Counted from the first letter of the stretch, positions 23,991 through 34,773 are shown. The stretch is DNA of 34,773 bases from Selaginella moellendorffii (GCF_000143415.4 NW_003314372.1:16233-51005), one strand, 5' to 3'. Translations and numbers: made by a program. Notes: generated by a model from the sequence alone, not told the origin.

Positions 23991-26900
23991 GCTACAAATC
24001 GGGTCTGCACGAGACATTGGCACGAACACGGAAGCTCTGGGTTCAACTAAAGAAGCCACAAAAACCAGGACAAGGACGTGCACTAGCAACTAGCGCCTGG
24101 CAGGTAAGCCTCGTTGCATGTGGCATAGCATGTGGCCTCACGCCATTTCCATTGCAGGAATTCTCGAGTCTTCTCTCGAAAACACTGGGGGTCAATGACA
24201 CACTCAGCATCCATAACATTCTACTCGCGACAAAAGTTGTTTTTGACAAATGGGTAGATGTGCTGAGGAGGTACCATGACGGGGAGTTGCTAAACTCAAT
24301 GGGTGTGGAGGACGGCCAGAAGCCCAATGATTTGAAGCTCAACGCCTTGCGTTTCTCGCGGTCTCTAGACGACGACGACCTTCTGACAGTGGCTAATGCT
24401 CTTCTATGTGGTGAGGTAGTCTTCAACAAGACCAAAATGACTCCCGGCCATATTGTGACATACGAGGACTTGTGCACGACTCTGAGAGCTCGTGCGCTAT
24501 TGAAGGATTGGATCTTCGAGCAAGTGGCCGTGGAGAGGGTGAGCATCGACACCACGCAAGAGATGATGGAAGAGCTGGAGTTGTCAAATGAAGACATCGA
24601 CGACTACGTGAAGGGGGCCCCCAAGTTCATCGATCTGCTGCGGGATGCCACGAAAAGTAAAGCTGAAAAGTTGGATCAGTATCCAAATTTCATTAAGAGG
24701 GATGTCGACCGCCGGCTTCAGAAACAGCTCGACCCCGCAGCAGAGGCCTATCGAGAACCTTACCGGGTATACGTGAATTCGGATGAGGATCAAAGGTGGA
24801 GGAGCATCGTTTCCCGCGGAGATGAGTAGGTCAAGAACATCTTTTGTGTGATGGACTTCACAAACGAGGAGATCACTCATGCAGACGAAGTCAGCTCCAT
24901 CATTGACTTAATGGTGGGACTTGCGGAGGTGGAATCTTCAGTCCACTATATGATCTACGACTCCGAATCCTATCACAAGTTCTGGAAGGCCTTGAACGAG
25001 GTGAAGGCTCGGTTGAAAGGCAAGGAGATGCAGGAGATCCATGGGATAATGGCTAAGAAGAAGATACCGACGAATGTCCGCATCTTCACACTCGCCCTTG
25101 TTATTGGTCCTGCAGCAGAGTGGGACTGGAGTGACTTCCCAGCTTCGTTCGACAAGGCCGATCGAATTGATCTGAGGGAGGTCAATTTACCCGTGCCTGA
25201 GGAACTGAAGACGGCTATGGAGCTTTCAAATCCAAAGAAAGCTCCAGGTGCAGCATGGGAAATGCTCAGCTGGGTCTTCAACACAATAGCAGGTGACTCC
25301 AAGGGCAAATGCGTTGTCAAGTACAACTGCGGCGGACTATTCTTTCGAGCCGCACTACTCAAGGGTGTCCCGTGTGTTGCGATGACAAACTCCATTGAAG
25401 AGGTGACTTCAATGGAGCATATAATTACAGTTGCCAAAGAAAAACAGTATCTTCTCTGTGAACCTGGTGAGTACGCACTTTAAGTTTAAATGTTATCTCA
25501 CAAGCTCTGTATGCAGGAGCGTGGCCACCCCCAGATGCTGAAACGGCGTTAACAGCTACTGATGTTAGGCCGAGCTCACAACCTGCACAAGGTAAGGTCA
25601 CGTGAGGCCTCACGCCATTTTGATTCTAGATCGTTGTGAATATTCAGACACGAGGACTGAAAAGCGCACTGGTGGCGCGTCGAAGAAGGACAAACAGACA
25701 AGCAATAGGAAAAAAGGAGGTACAAATTATATTTGCAATGGCGTGTGGTCTCATGCCATTCCTTGCAGGAGACACTTCTTCAAAGGCAAAATAGGCAAGC
25801 ACCAGCCAAGCTCAAACTGACAGTGGTCATAAAAAGCGAAAGCACGTTGGACAGTGGTCGGGATCAGAGGCGTTTGATTCGAAAAGGAAGAAGGGCAACG
25901 AAAAGATGATAGGTAATGCCTCGCGGTTATGGCGTGTGTGCTCATGCCATTCATTGCAGATCAAGGGCTGAGTGAAAGGAGCCAGTCACCACCTCCTGAC
26001 TCAGATTCCTATGGCGGACCCCCCTTCCCCAATCTCAATGGAGAGGTACAATGGATGAGGGATGCTTTTCAAGTCAGGGCCACGTTTTTCTCATCTCGTC
26101 GTCTTCGAAGGGTGCAAGAACGTGCAGAAACCATGTTAAGACAGTCGGGTGAGGATACGGTCCTAGGTCAAGCACTAAAACAGGCTATGGATGTCTTGTA
26201 TTTTGAGATGGAGACTCGGCCAGATGATTTTCCCAAGATGGTCCTGGAAAAACAAGCCATCCAGCCTGAGCAGCCTATGGAAGAAATGCAGGAGGGGGAT
26301 GAGGAGCCAGAGAAAGATAATGAGCAGGAAGAGCAGAAGGACGAAGAAGAGGACAAAGAAGAGGAGGACGAAGAAGAGGAGGACGAAGAGGACTTGGATG
26401 GTCCTCACAATGGTGACGATCACAATAACGACGATGACGATGATGACGACGATGGCCAGCCTGAGGTGGCCAAAGAGCAGCGGAGGAAGGTCATACAAGA
26501 CAAACCATCAGGTAAATAATAGTACATCCATTCCTAACCTTTTACCATTTCTAACATTGTCCATGTAGGTCGCAGAAGAAATGGTAAGTAGAGATTATTC
26601 AGTTGAATTAAGATACAAACTCTAGCCTTTAGTGTCGAGGAAGGATAGTGCCAAGCAAGGGTCGAAACGTATGTCCAATCCTTCAGAATCAGCAGTGCGC
26701 CCAAGTGATATCGGTCCTAGTTCCTCAATAGCAGTTGATGGTAAATATAGTATAGTCGATTCAATGTGCTAATGAGTTTGTTTTTAGTAGCCAGTAGGGA
26801 GGATACCATCTCAATCGAAGGGAGATATTTGGACATGCATATGGATCCGCTAGTGGACTCTACTTGCCTGCAAGAGTCATCAGAGCTGGTGGAGGCTACT

Positions 26901-27392
26901 ATCCATATCAATGCCAAGCAAGCTGACCACGCTCCACTTGATGCTGCCCATACCACTGAGTCAATCTTGTCCACGTATCCAACTGATGGTGACCAGGCGC
27001 CATTGGACCCGCATGAGGCCGCCCCAGCCGCCGAGCCGGTCGTATCCTCATTTCCAACGGACTCAACGTGTGCCTAATCGTCTGACTATGCGCCGTCCCT
27101 ACACCGCCCCTGCTGCCTGTTCGGTCATGTCCACTTTGCCAACGGAGGCACCAGCTGAAATGGCGTGTGATCACACGCCATCGGAACCACCCCATGCCAC
27201 TGTTGAGCCAGTTGTACCAGAGTCTACAGCTGAAATGGCATGTGCCCACACGCCATCGGATGCGATTGACCCCACATTGCAGAGGAGAGTATTTCCGCCC
27301 TTCACGTTTCCTCGACCAAAACCCTCTGAACGACCATTGGGAGCACCATTCGCTAATATTGTAGATGGTAAAATTGACTTGTACCATTTTTT

Positions 27393-28277
27393 ATGCTGAC
27401 GCATTTCATTTCAGAGTCACGGCGAAAGTACTGTATCGTTTTTGATCTGAACGGTGTCCTTTTCTCCCATGAGCGTGGCTCGTCCTCGAATGTCACTGCA
27501 CCCTCCAAAGCCTGCGGTCGCAAGTTGGTCAAAAGAGACAAATTCACATTAATCACACGGGAGAAACTGCGGGATCTAATAATGACCATGCGACACTTAA
27601 AACAGAGGGCCGGGTTCAATTTGCAATTGGGAGTTTGGACATCCATGATGCGCCACAATGCATTAACGTTGCTACAGATGATGCATGATCAGACGCGACT
27701 AATATTACCATTTGACTTTCTCCTAACGCAGGAGGATTGCTTGACTATGGTCCATGTGAGGGGTAGCAAGCCCATCTTCGTCAAGCCAGAGGCTGTAGTG
27801 ATGAACCGGACTGCTAGGTCAAGTGAAATCCTCATCATCGATGACTCGCCGATTAAAACTGTAGCGAACACGCACACATATGCAGTGCACCCCATCTCTT
27901 GCAGTATGGAAACTAGGGAGAAGAAACCGAATGTTCTGGGGGACCTTGCAAAACGGCTTGAAGCGATGGTGATAGAGAACCGGCCAGTCCAGGAGGTGGC
28001 TGCAGAAATCAACCAAATGGCAGATGGAACGGTATATCAGAAGCCATTTGATCGGACAAACACCAGTCATCATTTATGGCATGTATATTGTCTAGCCAAG
28101 CACTATCCGCATCTCCATAATCTGCTCAACCGGATGGGTTCTTCAACCACTAAACATGAGCGTGGACGTATTAGAGAAGAGATGGCATTACTATTGGGTT
28201 TAAATCCTGATAGTGTGGAGAGTGATGAAATTCCAAGATTATTGTATAGGCGTTGGAGGCAAAAAATAACAGTCTGA
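27393..28277 (+). CDS. FCP1-homology (NIF/HAD superfamily) phosphatase-like domain exon
   Basis: IVFDLNGVL (motif I, DxN variant), LGVWTSMMRHN, LTQEDC, KPIFVK, ILIIDDSPIKTVAN; open 294-aa frame. Confidence 0.85.
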   Translation: MLTHFISESRRKYCIVFDLNGVLFSHERGSSSNVTAPSKACGRKLVKRDKFTLITREKLRDLIMTMRHLKQRAGFNLQLGVWTSMMRHNALTLLQMMHDQTRLILPFDFLLTQEDCLTMVHVRGSKPIFVKPEAVVMNRTARSSEILIIDDSPIKTVANTHTYAVHPISCSMETREKKPNVLGDLAKRLEAMVIENRPVQEVAAEINQMADGTVYQKPFDRTNTSHHLWHVYCLAKHYPHLHNLLNRMGSSTTKHERGRIREEMALLLGLNPDSVESDEIPRLLYRRWRQKITV

Positions 28278-28719
28278 GATGGCATGTATTTATTTAAAAA
28301 TGTAACTTATTATGGCATGGGGTTCCATGCCATTGTATTAATATTAAAAGACAATTCTTTGAGAGGATTTGCATTATACTAGAAGTGTTATAGCATGTTA
28401 TTGGAAGTCTACGAAGTTGTTTTATTAATAAGGGGAAAGTAAAGATTGAATGGGGACTTGGGCTCCACCTAGACTCAGAGCAACTGAGCCAATATTAAAA
28501 GGATGGAAAGAAATTGGACGACGATGACAAGGAGAAGAGAGAGGTGAAGCAGTGGCAGGGGGAGGAGAAGTGATTGAGTAGACATTTCCTTGTTTAAAAT
28601 AAAATGGCATGTGCCTCAATGCAGTTGAATTTTGTTATATTTATATACTATATAAAGGTTTGGAAACCTTATTTTACAAGTGGGATAATGACAATTCCCA
28701 CTTTAACGAAATAGAGCTT

Positions 28720-28931
28720 GCTAGGGACTGGATCACATACCTCAATTTGGACTTCACCCGACTTAATGGCCATATTGGCTCTGGCCTTCTTTGGGTAGGG
28801 ACATTCCCTCGAAAAGTGTCCCGCTTCACCGCAGTTGTAGCATATGTTGTTTCCCATGCTGCTAAACGACTTCACCTTCTTATCCATGGGTTTGTTTCTT
28901 TTCGCTTGACTCCCCCACGTACTTGCTCGCT
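28720..28931 (-). pseudogene. gag: gag C-terminal fragment with CCHC zinc knuckle (element B)
   Basis: CYNCGEAGHFSRECP; in frame with the protease once the TIR element is removed. Confidence 0.9.
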
Positions 28932-28932
28932 G

Positions 28933-29229
28933 GTCTCGGACTCGATCTCGGACTCGATCTCAGACCCGATCTCGGACCCGACTTCGGACTCGACCTCGGA
29001 CTTGGTCTCGGACCCGATTTCGGATCTCGGACTCCGTCTTGAACTCGGTCTCGAACTCGGTCCCTGAGTCGGCCTCGGACTCGATTCCGGACTCTATCTT
29101 GAACTCAGTCTCAAAGTCGGTCTTGGACTCAATCTTCGACTTGGACCCATCCGATGAACTCTTTGTCATTTTGGTCATGCTTTCGGGGTTCCTTTAGCCT
29201 ACGACACCTCGGTGAGTTGGTTCCTTACA
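28933..29229 (-). repeat. Truncated 5' LTR of element B
   Basis: Matches 3927-4235 and abuts the gag fragment directly. Confidence 0.85.
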
Positions 29230-29829
29230 GGTTGTTCTAACATTTATTAAGGGTAGCCTCAGCTACCATTTCAAGGACTTGTGTCCTCTTCCGTATTTGA
29301 CTTCCCACGGTTATTAATTCTAGTTTCTAATTCATGAGCACCAACCTCAACTATATGAGGATAATCTTGTGACTCCTTTATTATTTTGGAGTCTCTATAT
29401 TTCCCGTGATCCCAACTATAGTTGTTTACCACAACTACATTAGCTAGTTTGTTGAGTCAAATGCTCATCTAGATCACATTTCCAACTCTCTGAAGAAAAT
29501 CTTATACTATTCCCAAGATCCTAAAGTCGTTCCCTTATTGGCCCTTTTCTATCCAACACCTTGCTTACAAGTTCACACATGAACTATAGTGGAGAGCTAT
29601 ATCTTCCCGACCTACTACTCCTCAAGGATAGGCCCACTCCTCATACTTCCTCACCGTGTGACCATATCCTTGGTCACCACACCAGAGGACTACTCCTCTT
29701 TCTTTTCACAGTCCAGGACTTTGGGACAACATTTCAAAACACCGTGGCCCTACGCAAGCCTCATGGGTACTCTCCCCACCTTCCGCCTTTGGGTGCTCTA
29801 GCCATAGGCTTAGAGCAAGGTTTTGTTGA

Positions 29830-30837
29830 GCCACACCAAGTATCCAAGTAGGTAATGCCACCCATGCTTGGATTAAGAGCATTGACCATTCAATCTCCTA
29901 AGGGATCTAAAGCTGGCTCTTGAACACTTAACCAAGCTACCCTGCTAGTCAGTTCGTATTCACTCTAGCCTTGGACTTCCCAGTGGTTATCACATCACCC
30001 AACAATTGGGCATGGCCTTCCTGGGCCAAACTAACCTTTCCTGGCCAAACTGGCTCCATTGGGATCCAACCCCACACTCTCCCTACTATACTTTTGGAAC
30101 CCCTTGCAGCCCCCCCACCCCCCAGGGAATGATCGCTATTCGAACTCAGACTTGGACTCGAACTCGGTCTCGGTCTTGGCCTTGGACTCTGTCTCGGTCT
30201 CGGTCTCAGTTCCATCTCAGACTCCATCTCGGGTCCATCTCAGGTCCATCTTAGGTCCATCTCAGACTCTATCTTAGCTCCATCTCAGACTCCATTTTGG
30301 ACTCCATCTCAGGTCCAGCTTGGACTCCATCTTGGATCCATCTCAGGTCCATCTTGGACTCCATCTCGGGTCCATCTCGGACTCCATCTTGGGTCCATCT
30401 CGGACTCTATCTTGGACTCCATCTCGGTCTCCATCTTGGACTCCATCTTAGGTCCATCTCGAATCCTATCTCAGACTCCATCTCGGGTCCATCTTGGACT
30501 CCTTCTTGGACTCCATTTCAGGTCCATCTCAGACCCTATCTCAGACTCCATCTTGGGTCCATCTCGGACTCCATCTCGGACTACTTTCTCGGACTCCATC
30601 TCAGACACTTCTACATGTCATGTGTTGGTCTTCTTGTATCCCTTTTCTAGAGACTCATTTATTGCTCGCTTCATGTTTGTTCCTCAAGCACTTCATTGGG
30701 AGTTTCACTCCCGCTCTCGACCTTTTAAGTCGGAGCTTTTAGTCCAAACGTGTTACACTTGTTTGGCTTTCGCTTCAGCCACTACCACGTGGTGCCCTTT
30801 CAGCTCCACTTTGGGGCTTAGGGATTTGTGTCTCACA
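29830..30837 (-). repeat. 5' LTR of element A (left boundary uncertain), with a ~12-bp TCGGACTCCATC minisatellite at ~30140-30605
   Basis: Right end matches 1-236; shares the CCCTACTATACTTTTGGAACCCCTTGCA motif with the B LTR (~3785 vs ~30081). Confidence 0.7.
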
Positions 30838-30939
30838 TAGGACTTATGGAGGTTGTCAGTGAAACTCCTTCAAATGGTTGGAGGTGTGGTTAAATTACTA
30901 AAGTAGAATGGAAAATTTAGTCGCTTACAATTCCAAGTG

Positions 30940-32160
30940 AAGATGCTCATTTAATCAAGCTTTCAGTTTGTCATTGGTCACCCAGAAATATCAAGATTTT
31001 ACATGCAAATGTCAAAGAAATGTTGGAAAAAGGTGTTATTCAAAAATCACAAAATCCTTAGGCGTATGAACCTCATCTTGTGAAAAAACATAATGGAAGT
31101 ATTTGTTTTTGCATCAACTATTATTTATTAAATGAAGTGACAATCTCAAATGTATACCCTCTTCTTCACATTGTTAATCTCTTGAATTGTTTGGGGAGAA
31201 GTCGTTGGTTTATATATTTTAACTAGTTGATGTTTTCAAATTGATTCATGAATTTTTTTTTTTTTAGTCACTTAGATTTGGTTATTAACTTTCCAATGAG
31301 TAAATTTATAGTAGCTAAACCACCAAGTTAAATCTTGCTTCTGGGTACTGACAAGTACCGATGGCCGAAAAAGATATTCCTAAAACTATTTTTTGTACAT
31401 CATTTGGTTTGTACGAGTTTTTAGTGATGCCATTTGGTTTAAACAATGTTTTGGTAACTTTCCAATAGATGCTGGATAAAGTTCTTTGTGATATGCTGAA
31501 GATGACTTTTAACTTCATCAATAATGCCTTAATCCACTCAAAGAGAACATGAGAGGAACATATCCATGATGGTGATAAGGTGTTAAATTGGTTATGGGAA
31601 GTTGATTTAAAGCTAAAGTGGTGTTTACGTCCAAGTACATGACTTATTTTGGATATTGTATTTCTCGTAAGGGTTTGTAAGTTGATTATAACAAACTTAT
31701 GGCTATTCTAAAATTCTTTACTCTGAAGTGTGTAAATGATGAGTAGTACTTCCTGGGCAAAGTACAATATCTCAGTCGTTTCGTTAATCATCTTTTTTAT
31801 CTCACTGCACTGTTGCGAACATTGCTAAAGTCATTAATGTTATCTTTCATTCGGTTTGTAGATTGTGAGTGGGCGTTTACAGATCTTAACGAGTTATTGA
31901 CGACTCCTTTAGTTTTAGCATATCCTAATTACATTCGACCTTTCATTTTCCATGTGAATACTTTTGATATCAATCTTGAAGATGTGTTGATGCAAGAGAG
32001 CCCAAGTGTGTCATGGCCCCTTTCCTTTCATATTTGAACCTTTATAGATTATCTTTTGAGTCGTTCCTTTTAGTTGCTTACAGAACTACTCCACAATAGA
32101 GAAGGAGTGTTTAGCAATAATTTAGGGTTTCAGGAAACTTCATATATATCTACATAGTTC
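30940..32160 (+). pseudogene. pol: Ancient Ty3/gypsy RT-RNase H remnant
   Basis: [65 protein letters not shown]; many stops. Confidence 0.85.
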
Positions 32161-34241
32161 TCAGATATTACTATATTTCTAAGTTAATTTTTTTACTTTT
32201 ATATATGTTTGTCAAAATATGATTATGTGCAAAACATAAACAAGTTTCCCTTTACTAATTCTATTATATCTTCTAAATATTCAAGAAGAGCACGATTTTG
32301 CTGTGAGTATAGAGGTAGAAGTATGATAAATTTCCAACTTTTCACAGAAGCTTATCTAGCACTGATTAATCATTTTAAAAATAATCACAAATCCTCTTAA
32401 CTTATAATGAGAATAGAGGAAGATTAACCTTTAGAATGACAATAGGCAAAGTACATTCATTTACCAATGATGATATAGGAGAAGCATTTAATGGTATATG
32501 GGATTATTGTCTTAAAAATGGGTTAAAAGGTAGCTTTGTTTATTTAATTGATGGTTCTTTGAGGTTAAAAGTAGAATATACATAAAATTTGATCCAACAT
32601 GCTTTCAAGTTTACACCCATAATCTGACCCTTATCTATCAAATATATTTGATATTTTAGCTTAAAATACCTCTATTTTAAATTATTTATGATGTCAATTT
32701 CACAAATTCTTTTATAGAATTTTAGGAGGTAATTTTCAAGGTTTTTTTCTATATGGGAGAAATAAGGGGCATTTAATCTAGACATGCATGTTTCCACACA
32801 CCATTGTTAGAGCCACATGGTGTATAACCACATAGCTTAAATTCTTCTAGTTTAGGATTTTTGGTTTTCTTTGCTATTGAAAGCCATCTCAAAGGTTTGT
32901 TCTAGGAGCTCTTTTTCTTCAAAGCATTAGACTAAGGGGCTTAACTTCTCTTCACATGGTATTAGAGTTTAATAAAAAAAATTGGCAAAAATAATTATAA
33001 ACAACTAAAGAGAATGATTCAAAGAATTATTCATAAAAGGCCTATAAACAAAAGTAAACCTCTTTTTCTAATCTGTTAAAGGTTTTGAAATACTTAAAAT
33101 TAAATATTCTTTAAGTTTAAATAATACTAAATTTGATGACCTCCTGGGAAGTCCAAAATTAACTTATAATAGAGCTAAGATAGGATGGCAAAGTTTCCAA
33201 GGTGGGGACTTTGGCCCATGGTATCTTGGAATGAAAAAATGCCCTTCTTTATGACAACATCGATCAATATAATGAGTGGTAAAATGATGATATCAATCAA
33301 TACAAATGGTAAGATCTAGATACCAGGGCAATTAGAGCTTTAGGAGGAGGCCTTAGCCCAAGAGATTCTAGCCATGTTATAGATCAAGAGTTTAATGTTA
33401 TCTTTTTTAACTTGTGCCATGAAATTTCATTTTCGATATATCAAGAAAATTCCCAACATCACCCAGTAGCAGATTTTTGCTGAACAAGAAGACCATTGTA
33501 GGCAAAGGCAATACTGCTGAGCAGGAAGGGATTGCCATGATGACTTGTGACAAGGGCACTCATTATTTTTAATCAACTTAGAAACAAGCGTTCCAACAGC
33601 ACAGAGGAAAAACCATGCAAAACGTAGGCACCTAAGCAAGGATTGTCCTATGAAGAAGCAATGCTGAGAGGCAAAGTTGAAAGTTAGATGTGGATCTTCC
33701 TTCGGTGTGGCACCACATTTAAGAGTCGATGCCGAGACGATGGTGATGGTGAAGACTCTTCTGCTGCATCCAACAGCTTGTTATGGATGGCTCAAGGAGT
33801 AGACTTGGACACCACTAGCCTTCTTTGGCTAGATTTAGCAGTAACGACCATGAGCTATTTTTGGAGTTGAGCAATGGGTAATAGCTTATTAACAGTTGAA
33901 GGTGTAGACACAATTCAAGTGTGACTTCTAACAGGCTTTGTGGTTCCAATCAATGACAGAGCAGCACAAAAGGCGAGTTGGCTTCATGAGCTTGTAGCAA
34001 GTATGCAACTGAGGTAACATGGACCTACGGTAATTCTTTCAGATAATTCTTTGCTGTTGCTTGCTCTAGGAGTGTTTAGCTTCTCTTCACAACCATGACA
34101 TGCTAGCTGCAAAACTCAAATCAAGAGAAAGCTTCTCTTCTCTTCTTCTCTCTTTTGCAAAGCACACAAGCTCTTCTGGCCAAATCCTTTGACATTGCCA
34201 GGGAAACCATACATAGCAGATGATTTGACACCTGAGCCTCT

Positions 34242-34773
34242 TTATAAAGTTCCCAGAAATTCAGAGAATACTGCCACGAGCATAGGTCCCTTGCTCATGC
34301 GCACCACTAAGGCAAAGAGATCCACAAACAGGCTTCCAGGAGCAAGCTGCAGCTCTTGTACTGGTAGTAGCTTTGGAGCTCCGGAAGAGAATGCCAAACC
34401 GAGATGTGGTCTCCCGGGCGTCTGCGATCTCAGCTCGGCGATGGAGAGCGACCTTTGCTGCTTGTCCCGGATGCGGAGCCTTCGTCGCCGTATTGAAAGC
34501 TTGCACCGCTCTAGCGACGTTCGGCAAGGTGGTGAAATGACTTGAAAGAGCTCGAAGGTTGTCTCGGACACCATATTCCTGCTCGTCATTCTTGTCGAAG
34601 ACCCAGTGACCGTCGGTCATACTTCTGGTAATATCCGAGCTTCGGCTATGAAGAACAGTGGCAGTATAGCTCGAGTTCTTCTCAGCTTTTCTCTCCATTC
34701 TCACGGCTGCCACTCGAACTGTTACTCTCCGCTCAGAAGTTTGCATCTCCTCCAGCTATCTTGTTCTCACAGC
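34242..34773 (-). other. Unidentified GC-richer coding-like sequence running off the window end
   Basis: Overlapping 161-aa and 115-aa ORFs; no recognised motif. Confidence 0.2.

Larger units (their letters stand above)
22694..28277 (+). pseudogene. Large multi-exon accessory gene of the transposon: unknown N-terminus, ParB/Srx-like domain, degenerate MTase-like fold, acidic low-complexity region, FCP1/HAD phosphatase-like domain (may be more than one gene)
   Basis: ATG|GTAAGT at 22694 with an in-frame acceptor at 22935. 23414-25466 is one frame with two TAG stops. GT-AG mini-introns at 24104-24157, 25467-25516, 25592-25647, 25720-25768 and 25913-25959. Frameshift near 23350. Confidence 0.65.
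15368..28625. repeat. Dispersed 22-bp palindrome family ATGGCRTGWG-NN-CWCAYGCCAT (~25 copies)
   Basis: Starts at 15368, 15665, 15754, 16348, 16508, 16654, 17996, 18053, 19897, 19967, 20065, 20752, 21609, 21688, 21847, 21982, 22722, 22799, 22859, 24125, 25597, 25738, 25929, 27160, 27235, 28312 and 28604 (some degenerate). Confidence 0.92.
15142..28719. mobile_element. 13.6-kb TIR DNA transposon (Sola1-like) with two divergent genes
   Basis: 24-bp TIR A(T/A)GCTCTATTTCGTTAAAGTGGGA at 15142-15165 and 28696-28719. Perfect 4-bp TSD GCTA (15138-15141, 28720-28723). Removal rejoins gag to the protease frame (CDPVPS-SKLLITR). Confidence 0.92.
3304..29229 (-). mobile_element. Ty3/gypsy chromovirus B (Tcn1-like by inference), nested in A and interrupted by two DNA transposons
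   Basis: LTR copies end ...TTCCTTACA at 4235 and 29229. Domain order on minus is gag knuckle-PR-RT-RH-INT-chromodomain. The left boundary (TGTTAG at 3304) is tentative and no TSD was found. Confidence 0.85.
1..30837 (-). mobile_element. LTR retrotransposon A (Ty3/gypsy-related, apparently non-autonomous or decayed), outer layer of the nest; 3' LTR runs off the window start
   Basis: 1-236 and 30602-30837 are ungapped direct repeats (19 mismatches in 236) ending ...TCTCACA (TGTGAGA on minus). A PPT-like tract abuts only the left copy. Internal 1385-1800 resembles the 3' untranslated region of element B (4300-4560). Confidence 0.8.

Noticed and set aside
23332-28285. Minus-strand ORFs over the accessory gene
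   Set aside because: Antisense shadows; splice signals and motifs are on the plus strand
15368-28625. Palindromes as CRISPR repeats, REP elements or MITEs
   Set aside because: Spacing is irregular (tens of bp to >1 kb), the context is eukaryotic, and there are no TSDs or shared flanks
15144-28717. TSD-less (Spy-like) or 2-bp TSD interpretation of the TIR element
   Set aside because: Extending the TIR by 2 bp reveals a perfect GCTA duplication and restores the host reading frame
29780-29960. tRNA primer-binding site for element A
   Set aside because: No convincing TGG-starting tRNA complement could be placed; the LTR inner boundary is unresolved

Overview
Eukaryotic, transposon-only window, probably from a non-seed land plant (inferred from the chromodomain-bearing Ty3/gypsy element, a TTTAGGG tract and ~50-bp introns). 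It is a nest of elements. An old Ty3/gypsy pol remnant (30.9-32.2 kb) adjoins LTR element A (<1-30837, minus). A contains chromovirus B (~3.3-29.2 kb, minus), whose gag-pol is split by two DNA transposons. The first is a decayed hAT-like element (5791-12901) carrying a 96-bp double-hairpin tandem array. The second is a 13.6-kb TIR element (15142-28719; 24-bp TIRs, 4-bp TSD GCTA) and is the most interesting part. It encodes a Sola1/DUF7869-like DDD transposase and, divergently, a large multi-exon gene with a ParB/Srx-like domain, a degenerate amino-methyltransferase-like fold, an acidic tract and an FCP1/HAD phosphatase-like domain. About 25 copies of a 22-bp palindrome (ATGGCRTGWG-NN-CWCAYGCCAT) are spread over this element and were seen nowhere else in the window. 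This suggests a ParB/parS-like protein-plus-site module on a eukaryotic transposon (inference). All domain calls are by-eye motif recognition; no searches were run.
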